Below, piece after piece: positions 19,170 to 27,713 of a DNA stretch of 64,000 nucleotides. This DNA comes from Candidatus Latescibacterota bacterium. Lineage in GTDB: Bacteria > Latescibacterota > UBA2968 > GCA-2709665. How positions within the stretch are numbered: position 1 is the stretch's first letter; each line of letters starts with the position of its first letter. The position numbers and the translations under genes are program-made. The notes below the pieces were generated by a model, which had not been told where the DNA came from, did not search any database, and saw nothing but the letters and a program-made list of their open reading frames with translations. Location: the NCBI GenBank assembly GCA_965208835.1, contig OZ242358.1, positions 3,168,001 through 3,232,000 on the forward strand, given 5' to 3'.

Positions 19170-20516
19170 TTAACTCCATCCGGGCCCGCCCCCCACGACC
19201 CGGTTTGTTCCGACGAGGGGAAGATTGCAGATCATGGATGCCTCGGAAGTGAGCGCACGCATGTCTTCAGGCTCCAGATCGTGCACATCCGCCTTTCCGC
19301 ATGCGCGCGCAAGAATCTGGATCTCGGACGTCATGGCCTGAAGCAGGTTGGCCACCCGCTCTGCCGCTTCATCCACGTCGAGGCGGGACATCAGTTCGGG
19401 GTCCTGCGTGGTAATGCCCACCGGACAGCGACCGGTATGGCAGTGATGGCAATGATAAGGTTCCGCGCCAAGCGCCCGGTAGTCGTCAATGAAAATGGGT
19501 CGGTTGCAATTCAACGCCATCAACGCCGCCGTGCCGATATAAATAGCATCGGCGCCCAGCGCCATGGCCTTGGCGGCGTCGACGCCGTTCCGGATGCCGC
19601 CCGCGATGATCAGCTGCACCTTTCCATACATGCCGATGTCTTCAAGCGCCGCACGCGCTTCACTCACCGCCGCCAGCGTGGGAATCCCCGTATGCTCCTG
19701 GCAGATTTCCGCGGACGCCCCGGTTCCGCCTTCCATGCCGTCGACCACAACCACGTCGGCACCCGCCTTGGCGGCCAGGCGAACGTCGTCGAATACGCGC
19801 GTGGCGCCCATCTTGACGAAAATCGGAACCTGCCAGTCCGTGGCCTCGCGCAACTCTTCGATCTTGATGATCATATCGTCCGGGCCCAGGAAATCCGGGT
19901 GCCGCGCCGGACTCCGCTGGTCGACGCCGATGGGCAGGTCCCGCTGCGACGCCACGTCGCCCAGCACCTTGGCGCCCAGCAGCAGTCCACCCGTGCCAGG
20001 CTTCGCCCCCTGTCCGATAGTGAGTTCGATACCGTCGGCGACCCGCAGGTCATGCACGTTGATTCCGTACCGCGAAGGCAGGACCTCGTAGACCAGCGCC
20101 TTGCTTTCTTCCCGCTCGGCCTTCAACATCCCTCCGTCGCCGGTCGTATTCGAGGATCCGACCATATTGGCGCCCCGTGCGAGCGCCACCTTGGCGTTGT
20201 AGGACAGGGCGCCCCAACTCATGCCGGTAATCATGATGGGCGTATCCAGCACGATTGGCTTTTCGGCAAAGCGATCGCCGAGAACCGTCTGAGCCGAGCA
20301 GCGTTCCCTGTATCCTTCCAGCGGAATGCGCGTGAGCGTACAGGGAATGAAGGTCAGGTCGTCGAACGTCGGCCACCGCCGTTCGCGAAGCGTGCCGAAC
20401 CCGCGTATCCGGTACCGCCCCAGCTCCGCCTTGACCTGGATGTCTTCGATGACGGCGGGCGTAAACGTGCCGCTTGCTTCCGGCGGACGATGACGCCCGT
20501 TATATTCTGCGTCCAT
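19170..20516 (-). CDS. FMN-binding glutamate synthase family protein (MgsC/GlxD-like)
   Basis: GMSWGALS, TTGDGG, GQGAKPG-GG, SPARH, DGMEGGTG, GGIRNG, CHHCHTGRCPVGITTQ. Confidence 0.92.
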   Translation of the reverse strand: MDAEYNGRHRPPEASGTFTPAVIEDIQVKAELGRYRIRGFGTLRERRWPTFDDLTFIPCTLTRIPLEGYRERCSAQTVLGDRFAEKPIVLDTPIMITGMSWGALSYNAKVALARGANMVGSSNTTGDGGMLKAEREESKALVYEVLPSRYGINVHDLRVADGIELTIGQGAKPGTGGLLLGAKVLGDVASQRDLPIGVDQRSPARHPDFLGPDDMIIKIEELREATDWQVPIFVKMGATRVFDDVRLAAKAGADVVVVDGMEGGTGASAEICQEHTGIPTLAAVSEARAALEDIGMYGKVQLIIAGGIRNGVDAAKAMALGADAIYIGTAALMALNCNRPIFIDDYRALGAEPYHCHHCHTGRCPVGITTQDPELMSRLDVDEAAERVANLLQAMTSEIQILARACGKADVHDLEPEDMRALTSEASMICNLPLVGTNRVVGGGPGWS

Positions 20517-20594
20517 AAATGCCCTGTCGGGTTGAATTCAAGGTGCGTCGGTACCCCTTCGTCCGGAATGAAAGGCGGATCACGCATCCGTGCA

Positions 20595-21290
20595 TTACAA
20601 CGCCTCCCGCCACACCGCGCGTTCGTCCTTGTCGAAATTCCAGAGTTTGCGTCCGGCCACCACCTTCTTGAATGACCTGACGTCCCGGCGTCTGCCCAGG
20701 TGTTCCTGTATGGCGGCGTTCAGAAAAGCGAACTCGCTCTCGTCCGGCGTCTCCACAACCGCGTCGTTGCCGAGTTCGGCGATCTCCCCGCCCACGAAAC
20801 ACTCGGTCTCATACATGGAATCGGCAAAGGCGTCGCCGGTATCGCCGCAGATGATCATGCGGCCCCGCTGTCCCATGAAACCTGCCATATAACCGCAGTC
20901 TCCACCCACGAGGATCAACCCGCCCTTCATCGCCACGCCCAGCCGGGCCGCGGCGTGACCCCGCACGACCACGGTCCCGCCGCGAATGGACGCCGCCGTA
21001 CCGTTGCCCGCGTTGCCGTGCACAATCACCTTCCCGTTCATCATCGACTCGGCCAGGCCCCAGCCCGCGCTGCCCTTTACTTCGACGGTCGCCCCGTCAA
21101 TCATCCCGGCGCAATAGTATCCCACGCTGCCATGCAGCGTGAGATGTACGGGATCCAGAAGCGCCACCCCGAGATTGTGGCGCGCGCCCGGGTCCAGTAC
21201 CTGCACTTCGCCTTCCCCCGCGGTGAAGAACGCCCTGATCTCGCGGTTGATTTCCCGCGTGGATTTTCCGTTGCAGGTCAGTTGCGCCAT
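20595..21290 (-). CDS. GXGXG-domain protein (MgsB/GlxC-like), copy 1
   Basis: GARHNLGV, GSVGYYCAGM, GWGLAESMM, GFMGQRG, RKLWNFD. Confidence 0.88.
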   Translation of the reverse strand: MAQLTCNGKSTREINREIRAFFTAGEGEVQVLDPGARHNLGVALLDPVHLTLHGSVGYYCAGMIDGATVEVKGSAGWGLAESMMNGKVIVHGNAGNGTAASIRGGTVVVRGHAAARLGVAMKGGLILVGGDCGYMAGFMGQRGRMIICGDTGDAFADSMYETECFVGGEIAELGNDAVVETPDESEFAFLNAAIQEHLGRRRDVRSFKKVVAGRKLWNFDKDERAVWREAL

Positions 21291-22183
21291 AGTCGCATGT
21301 CCCTCGCACGGGCTTCTACGACATCGTAGTTTCCATCCAGGGCCGAACGGAAGGCGATCTCTTCCGTAGCCACCGCGGCGAAGTCGTCCGTTTCCGCAAA
21401 TAGCAACGGTTTGAAGGAATACGGATCCCGGACGAAACCCACGGCTTGTGGCGTGGCCACCAGATAGCTGAAAGAACCGTCCAGATCCACCAGGGAGGCG
21501 GCCATCGCCGCCTCGAGGTCCTTTCCATCCGCAAGCTGCCGGCGGAGATACATTCCGATGATTTCGGAGTCGTTCTCGGTGTAGAACCGGGCGCCTTCCT
21601 GTTCGTATATTCGCCGCAGCTTGTGATAGTTCGTGATGTGCCCGTTGTGAACGATTGCAAGGTCCGGATGACCGTGGGCCCAGAACGGCTGGGAGTGGCT
21701 CAAGTCGATCCGCGACTCGGTGGACAGACGGGTATGGCCGATGCCGTGCGTCCCTTCGAAGCCGGAAACCCCGTATGATCTGTCCAGGTTGAGGGGGGAC
21801 CCCACCTGCTTTACGATTTCCAGCCGGCGTCCCATACTCACCACCTCCACACCCTCGCCCGCGTCCTCGATTGCCAGCTCCAGCTTGCTCGCGTCGCCTC
21901 CATAGGCAAGAACCAGCCTCAGGTACTCCTCCGTGCGCGCCCAGCCGGCCACGGCGCCGAATGCCTCCGCACGCGCCACGACCCTCCGCGCTGTTGCCTC
22001 GTAATCCGCGTGTTCCCCGAGACTCACACGCAGGACCATTCGTCCGTTTTGACCTTCACCATAAAGCGCCACGCCTGCCGAATCCGGACCCCGGCAATCC
22101 AGGGCGCCCAGCATCTTCAGAATGGTCCGTCCGAGTCCGCCGGTATCCTCCTGCCGGTTCCAGAACCCCACGATTCCACACAT
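21278..22183 (-). CDS. Class II (Ntn) glutamine amidotransferase (MgsA/GlxB-like), copy 1
   Basis: MCGIVG, RGPDSAG, GHTRLSTES, HNG, NDSE. Start is ATG at 22183. Confidence 0.9.
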   Translation of the reverse strand: MCGIVGFWNRQEDTGGLGRTILKMLGALDCRGPDSAGVALYGEGQNGRMVLRVSLGEHADYEATARRVVARAEAFGAVAGWARTEEYLRLVLAYGGDASKLELAIEDAGEGVEVVSMGRRLEIVKQVGSPLNLDRSYGVSGFEGTHGIGHTRLSTESRIDLSHSQPFWAHGHPDLAIVHNGHITNYHKLRRIYEQEGARFYTENDSEIIGMYLRRQLADGKDLEAAMAASLVDLDGSFSYLVATPQAVGFVRDPYSFKPLLFAETDDFAAVATEEIAFRSALDGNYDVVEARARDMRLWRN

Positions 22184-22205
22184 CGCTCGTTCTCCGGAAT
22201 TACAC

Positions 22206-22242
22206 AAAAAAACCCGTACCAGCTTCGGTGAAGCGGGTACGG
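22206..22242 (-). terminator. Intrinsic terminator downstream of the sulfatase maturase gene
   Basis: Minus strand CCGTACC-C-GCTTC-ACC-GAAGC-T-GGTACGG, then G and T7. Confidence 0.7.
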
Positions 22243-22313
22243 ATGATCGCACCGCACAGGACAAAAGTCAAGCCAAAAACTCTTGGTGTCCCGTCCCTGA
22301 AATATACCGCCAT

Positions 22314-23693
22314 TTATCCGCCGCGAACAGGCTGACTCGCCGCCCCGCAGCACCGCTTGAACTTCCTGCCGCTGCCGCACGGACACGGTTCGTTCCGTCC
22401 CGTGCTTCGGGCGCGGAACCCCGCCCTTTCGGATTCCCGGGCGCGCACCCATCCCATCACGTTCGCGGCCGGCCTCCCCGCGGCAAGCTCTTTCGACATC
22501 ATCTTCATGTAGGGGTCCACGTGGCCGAAGAACATCTTGTACCCCCTGCAGAGATAGTTCAGCCCCTCTTCCCCGTCCGGCGCGTGAATAAACCTCTGCT
22601 TGGGGCAGCCGCCGTTGCATGCGAACCGGTAGTCGCAGGCCCTGCAATACGCCGGCAGGGTATCGCGTTTGTCGGACCCGAATTTCTCCTGCAGGGGGCT
22701 GGCAACCATCTCACGGATGCTCTTTTCCCGGACGTTGCCAAGGTTGTACGTCGGATAGACGAAATGGTCGCAGGAATACAAATCACCGTTGTGTTCAATG
22801 ATCAGCGCCCTGCCGCACTTTTCCGCGAATATGCAGAGGCTGGCGTCCTGGCCCATCCAGCTTCCCAGCGCGATATCGAACATCTGGACGAAATAGCGGC
22901 CTACGTCCTTCCGGACCCATTCGTCGAAGACCTTGCAGAGGAACCGGCCGTATTGGGCCGAACCCACCGACCACTTCGAGACCCGGGCCCGCCCTTCGAA
23001 CTCCGGCGCGACAAGCTGCAGCAGATCCTCACCCGGCGCGTCCGCGATCCGCTCGACTATCGGGATAAACTGCATGTAACGGCTCCCGATGGACTTGAGA
23101 AAGCGATAGACTTCCACCGGGTAATCCGCGTTGTGGGCCTGCAGCACCGTAAGGGTATTGTATTCAACCCGGTGTTTCTTCAGGACTTCCAGGCCTTCCA
23201 TCACGCGGTCGAACGTGGGCTTTCCCCCTTTGTCAACGCGATACCGGTCGTGCATTTCTCGCGGTCCGTCCACGGACAGCCCCACGAGAAACCGGTGTTC
23301 CGCCAGGAATTCGCCCCACTCGTCATCGAGCAGAATACCGTTGGTCTGAAATGCGTTTGTGACGGTCTTGCCGTTGGCATACCGGGATTGAAGGGCCACG
23401 GCCTTGCGATAAAAGTCGACCCCCATCAGCGTGGGTTCTCCGCCCTGCCACGCGAAGTGCGCCTCCGGGACGTCCTGCGCTTCGATATAGTGCCGGACGT
23501 AGAGTTCCAGCGTCTCATCGTCCATCATCCAGTTCCCGCCGGCATCGGGGTACAGCTTTTCCTTCTCCAGGTAGAAGCAATACTTGCAATCTATATTGCA
23601 GACCGCGCCGGATGGCTTGGCCATCACGTGGCATGCCTCCGGCCGTTCAACGGTCGCTTCGTTCGTGGCCATCTGTGCTGTCAAGGTATCCAT
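22314..23693 (-). CDS. Anaerobic sulfatase-maturating radical SAM enzyme with SPASM domain and C-terminal SEC-C motif
   Basis: CNIDCKYC, WQGGEPTL, QTNG, YSCDH, CRAC...CNGGCPK, GRNEPCPCGSGRKFKRCCG. Confidence 0.93.
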   Translation of the reverse strand: MDTLTAQMATNEATVERPEACHVMAKPSGAVCNIDCKYCFYLEKEKLYPDAGGNWMMDDETLELYVRHYIEAQDVPEAHFAWQGGEPTLMGVDFYRKAVALQSRYANGKTVTNAFQTNGILLDDEWGEFLAEHRFLVGLSVDGPREMHDRYRVDKGGKPTFDRVMEGLEVLKKHRVEYNTLTVLQAHNADYPVEVYRFLKSIGSRYMQFIPIVERIADAPGEDLLQLVAPEFEGRARVSKWSVGSAQYGRFLCKVFDEWVRKDVGRYFVQMFDIALGSWMGQDASLCIFAEKCGRALIIEHNGDLYSCDHFVYPTYNLGNVREKSIREMVASPLQEKFGSDKRDTLPAYCRACDYRFACNGGCPKQRFIHAPDGEEGLNYLCRGYKMFFGHVDPYMKMMSKELAAGRPAANVMGWVRARESERAGFRARSTGRNEPCPCGSGRKFKRCCGAASQPVRGG

Positions 23694-23731
23694 ATGTGCT
23701 GTGTAATCAACCGGTTAATGGCAACCTGCCG

Positions 23732-24580
23732 CTACCCCGTCTGCAACGCGGCGGGATCGAACGTGCGGACGTGCGCGTCGCCGCCTTCCACCGTACCCTT
23801 CCACGCGTACGGGTCGTCTCCCGCCACCATCATGATACCGCGGTAGTCGGCAAGCGCCATCCTGCCGTCTTCGGGCGGGCGATGCCAGGGCAACAACGAG
23901 TAGGCATTCATATAGTGGTTCACCAGCACCCGCCGAAAGCGGTCCGACCGGTTCTTGCGAGACCGGTGCAACAGGTAGCCGTTAAAGAAGACGACGGCGC
24001 CGGCGCGACACGCCACCGGAATCTCCTCACAGTCGTCGAAGCCATAGGACTCCTGGGCGGAATCGAACTCCTCGGGCCGCCCGTGCAAACGCTGGGGATA
24101 CAGATAGCCGTTCCGATGGGAGCCCGGAAGGACCCACATGCACCCGTTCTCCACAGTGGCGTCGTCCAGGGCGTACCAGGCGCCCGTAAGGCTGCGGTCC
24201 CGCGTGGGAATGTAAACTTCGTCCTGGTGCCAGGCCTGTCCGGGAAACCTGGGCGGTTTGATAAACAGCATGGATTGCATGCACTTGATATCCGGCGCCA
24301 CCAGACGGGCGAGCGCCCGGGAGACCGCGGGGTGCGCGAGGTACTCCCGCATGACCGGACTGATGTGGTGCGGCTGGTGAATGCACAGATACCGGGAAAG
24401 CGCCGCGGTATCGGATTCCGAGTTCGGTACGGGATGCAAGTTCTCGCTCTTGTATTCTCCGCGACAGAGCTTTATCCCATCCGAACGAATAGTCTCAACA
24501 TCTCCATCGCCCAACAGCCCATCGACAACCAGAAAGCCCTGTTCCCGGTAGGACTCGATCTGCGCTTGTGACACTTCCAC
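23732..24580 (-). CDS. PhyH-family Fe/2OG dioxygenase
   Basis: YREQGFL, QSMLFIKPP, WHQDE, LDDATVENGC, PGSH, LLHRS. Start uncertain (GTG 24580 or TTG 24610). Confidence 0.9.
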   Translation of the reverse strand: MEVSQAQIESYREQGFLVVDGLLGDGDVETIRSDGIKLCRGEYKSENLHPVPNSESDTAALSRYLCIHQPHHISPVMREYLAHPAVSRALARLVAPDIKCMQSMLFIKPPRFPGQAWHQDEVYIPTRDRSLTGAWYALDDATVENGCMWVLPGSHRNGYLYPQRLHGRPEEFDSAQESYGFDDCEEIPVACRAGAVVFFNGYLLHRSRKNRSDRFRRVLVNHYMNAYSLLPWHRPPEDGRMALADYRGIMMVAGDDPYAWKGTVEGGDAHVRTFDPAALQTG

Positions 24581-24627
24581 GGTGGATCCCCACGGGTACG
24601 GCGGTTTCAATTGACGTAACTTGCTGA

Positions 24628-24656
24628 AAAATAAACCCGGTCGCTTAAAATGTCAA
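24628..24656 (-). promoter_or_regulatory. Putative sigma70 promoter
   Basis: Minus strand TTGACA-N17-TATTTT upstream of the PhyH gene. Confidence 0.5.
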
Positions 24657-24698
24657 TGCCGGTAGCCATGGGCACGTTGCCTCGTTGCGCACGGGTCT

Positions 24699-25838
24699 CT
24701 AACCGGCCTTCGTCTGGAACCTCACCCGGTCATACACCGTCTCCAGCCGCCCGGCCTGTTTCCGCATATCGTGGGCGTCTTCAACGTGCGCCCTTCCCGC
24801 CGTGCCCATTTCCTCCCGTAACCGGCTGGACCGCAGCAGTGCATCCAGGCCTTCGGCCAGCCCGTCCACGTCCCGCTCCGGGAACAATAGCGCGCACTGA
24901 GAGTCGGGCGCCACTGTGGGAATGTCCGCGTGCAGGGAGGACACAATCGCCAGCCCCGAAGCCATGGCCTCGATCAACGCCACTGGCGCGCCGCCTTCGG
25001 TATCCCCGTCAGCGGCGGTCACGCTCGGATACAACAACACTGAAGCCCTGCCGAGTTCCTCCAGGCACTTCTCGTGAGGCAACACGCCCAGCAGTTCCAC
25101 GCGTTCTTCAAGGCCGAGCCGCTGAATCTCTCTTTCCACTTCCGCACGCAGTTCTCCATCGCCGATAATGCGCACCTTCATGCCCGGATAAGACCCCAGA
25201 ATCCTGCGGCAGGCCCTCAGACCGTACACGTGTCCTTTTTTCTCACGAAAATTGGCATACATCAATACCACGGCTTCCTGCCGGCCCTCGGGCGGCGCCT
25301 TGCGAATCCTTTCGAGATCGACGCCCAGCCGGTGAACCTGCACTTTCTCGTAAGGACAGCCGATGGAGACGAGCGACTCGCCCATTCGCGGACCTTCGAC
25401 CAGAAAGAACTCCCCCTCACTGAACAGCCGCTGAAACCTGCGTCGCCACAGCCGCTTCCGGGGAAGTGCGGAAGCATCCATCCCGTAGAAGGTGGTGACC
25501 ATCGGGACCCCGGCACCGCGGCGCGCCGCCAGACAGAAATATCCCTCCTGTCCGAAATGGGCGTGGATGACCGCGGCGAGTTCCTCTTGAAGAATTCCCA
25601 CGTAACCGGCGTACGTTCCCCGGATCTTCCGGATCACCCGGTTGACGGACCGGCGCAGCGGGGGCAGGTCTTCGCTGGAATAGAGGGTCTCAACCGGAAA
25701 TATGCGCTCATTCTGCCGCGCCTGCGTCAACACAACCGGCCGATATCGACTCAAGCCCCGTATCTGGTCGTAACACCAGACCATGGTCAGGGTCAGAAAC
25801 GGATTTGCGCAGTGCGCCACGGTCGGCTTTTCCGGCAT
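24699..25838 (-). CDS. GT4 glycosyltransferase (WcaL/AmsK-like)
   Basis: IHAHFG, EKKG, IIGDG, PSVTAADGDTEGGAPVALIEAMASG. Confidence 0.9.
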   Translation of the reverse strand: MPEKPTVAHCANPFLTLTMVWCYDQIRGLSRYRPVVLTQARQNERIFPVETLYSSEDLPPLRRSVNRVIRKIRGTYAGYVGILQEELAAVIHAHFGQEGYFCLAARRGAGVPMVTTFYGMDASALPRKRLWRRRFQRLFSEGEFFLVEGPRMGESLVSIGCPYEKVQVHRLGVDLERIRKAPPEGRQEAVVLMYANFREKKGHVYGLRACRRILGSYPGMKVRIIGDGELRAEVEREIQRLGLEERVELLGVLPHEKCLEELGRASVLLYPSVTAADGDTEGGAPVALIEAMASGLAIVSSLHADIPTVAPDSQCALLFPERDVDGLAEGLDALLRSSRLREEMGTAGRAHVEDAHDMRKQAGRLETVYDRVRFQTKAG

Positions 25839-25927
25839 TCACGACCTCTCACTATCTGAACAACAGTACTTCGCTCACGACTCTTGTGGAATGTCCGGCG
25901 GCGCGTGTCCCCGCGGAGACGAAATAC

Positions 25928-25956
25928 TTGACACCCCGCGCCGCATCGCATAATAT
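25928..25956 (+). promoter_or_regulatory. Putative sigma70 promoter of the rhamnulokinase gene
   Basis: TTGACA-N17-TAATAT; AAGGAG RBS before ATG 26011. Confidence 0.6.
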
Positions 25957-26010
25957 CGCAAACCGTGAGTCCCCGCACAACACGAAGCCGGTGGACCGGA
26001 AGGAGTCGCC

Positions 26011-27501
26011 ATGCCGCAGACCTATCTCGCCTACGACCTCGGCGCATCCAGCGGCCGGGCCGTTATCGGCCGTTTCGACGGAAGCGCCGTCGAACTCGAA
26101 GAAATCCATCGCTTCCCCAACGGGCCCATATCCGTGGCGGGGGGTCTGTACTGGGACGCGCTGAGGCTCTACGACGAGATGCTCGCGGGACTCCGAAAGT
26201 GCGCCCGGAACTCCGGACCCGAACTGGCGGGAATCGGAATTGATACCTGGGGCGTGGACTTTGCACTCCTTGACGCCACCGATGAACTCCTGGGCAATCC
26301 TCACTGTTACCGCGACGCGCGCGTCCTGGGCATGATGACGAGGGCATTCAGCCGGGTATCCCGAGAGGAAATTTTCGAACTGACCGGCCTGCAGTTTCTG
26401 GAGATCAACACACTCTATCAGCTCTTTTCCCTGGCGGAAAAGAACCCGCAGCACCTGCGCATCGCCGGTACATTTCTGATGATGCCGGACCTCTTCAACT
26501 TCTGGCTCACCGGCCGCAAAGTGTGCGAGTTTTCTAACGCCACCACCACCCAGTTCTACAATCCGAGGACGGGCGGGTGGGCAACCGACCTGCTGGAACG
26601 GCTCGGGATCCCGGGCGACATGCTTCCCGAAATCGTCCCGCCGGGAACGCCGCTGGGTCCGCTTCGTCGGGAGGTCGCAGCGGATGCCGGCATCCGGTCA
26701 GGCGACGTCATTGCGCCGGCCTGTCACGACACCGGATCGGCTGTGGCGGCCGTCCCGTTTTCCGACGCAGACGCGGCCTATATCAGCTCCGGCACGTGGG
26801 CGCTGCTCGGCGCGGAACTGCCGGCGCCGTCCGTTACGCGGGCGGCCCTTAGCCACAACTTTACGAACGAGGGCGGAGTTTGCGGCACTTACCGTTTCCT
26901 CAAGAACATCACCGGTCTCTGGATCGTACAGGAATGCAGACGCATCTGGGAAAACCAGGGTCGCGCATATTCGTTTGCCGAACTCGTCCAAATGGCCGAA
27001 GCGGCGCCCGCATTGACCTCGTTCATCGATCCCGATCACGCGGACTTCCTCGAGCCCGGGGATATGCCGGCCTGCATCCGCACGTACTGCAGGCGCACGG
27101 AACAGCCGGAACCCGCCACCGAAGGCGCCGTCGTCCGGTGCGCCCTCGAGAGCCTCGCCCTCAAGTGCCGGTGCGTCCTGGAGGACCTCGAGTCGGTCCT
27201 GGACAAAAGGCTGCACACCATCCACGTCGTGGGCGGAGGCATTCGCAACACCCTGTTGAATCAGTTCACTGCCAACGCCACCGGAAGGCCGGTTGTCGCC
27301 GGGCCGGCGGAGGCCACCGCCCTGGGAAATATCCTCATGCAGGTCTATGCCCGAGGCGAAATCGACTCACTGGCGGGAATCCGCGAAGTCGTTCGCAATT
27401 CCACGGAACTCGTGACGTTCGAACCGGGCGGTGGCGACGCATGGGAAGACGCATACGCCAGGTTCAGGCAGTTATTGAACGTCGAGGCCAATGTCCACTG
27501 A
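26011..27501 (+). CDS. rhaB: Rhamnulokinase (FGGY family)
   Basis: YLAYDLGASSGR, EIHRFPN, GIDTWGVDF, HDTGSAV, SSGTW, FTNEGG, LKNITGLW, EATALGN. Confidence 0.88.
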   Translation: MPQTYLAYDLGASSGRAVIGRFDGSAVELEEIHRFPNGPISVAGGLYWDALRLYDEMLAGLRKCARNSGPELAGIGIDTWGVDFALLDATDELLGNPHCYRDARVLGMMTRAFSRVSREEIFELTGLQFLEINTLYQLFSLAEKNPQHLRIAGTFLMMPDLFNFWLTGRKVCEFSNATTTQFYNPRTGGWATDLLERLGIPGDMLPEIVPPGTPLGPLRREVAADAGIRSGDVIAPACHDTGSAVAAVPFSDADAAYISSGTWALLGAELPAPSVTRAALSHNFTNEGGVCGTYRFLKNITGLWIVQECRRIWENQGRAYSFAELVQMAEAAPALTSFIDPDHADFLEPGDMPACIRTYCRRTEQPEPATEGAVVRCALESLALKCRCVLEDLESVLDKRLHTIHVVGGGIRNTLLNQFTANATGRPVVAGPAEATALGNILMQVYARGEIDSLAGIREVVRNSTELVTFEPGGGDAWEDAYARFRQLLNVEANVH

Positions 27502-27713
27502 ACCGATACTAACCTTGATTCGTAAGTCTTCGGGGACGTTAATTCGATTATGTGCTTGTAAATAAAGGCGATTAGACGGCGGATTACCAGGATACACCAG
27601 GCCACTGGACGTGAACGGTAAAAACATCCTTCTGTACGTCTATAACGCCCCGTTTCGGAAGGCTTTATCGCGTCGCCGCGTCGCTGTTTTTGCGGATTTA
27701 AGGCTTACCGCGA

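Noticed and set aside
19092-23846. Long plus-strand ORFs (19092-20675, 22122-23846) and similar ones elsewhere (14387-15934, 34236-36071, 41492-42868)
   Set aside because: They are antisense shadows of well-supported genes in high-GC DNA and carry no recognisable motifs.
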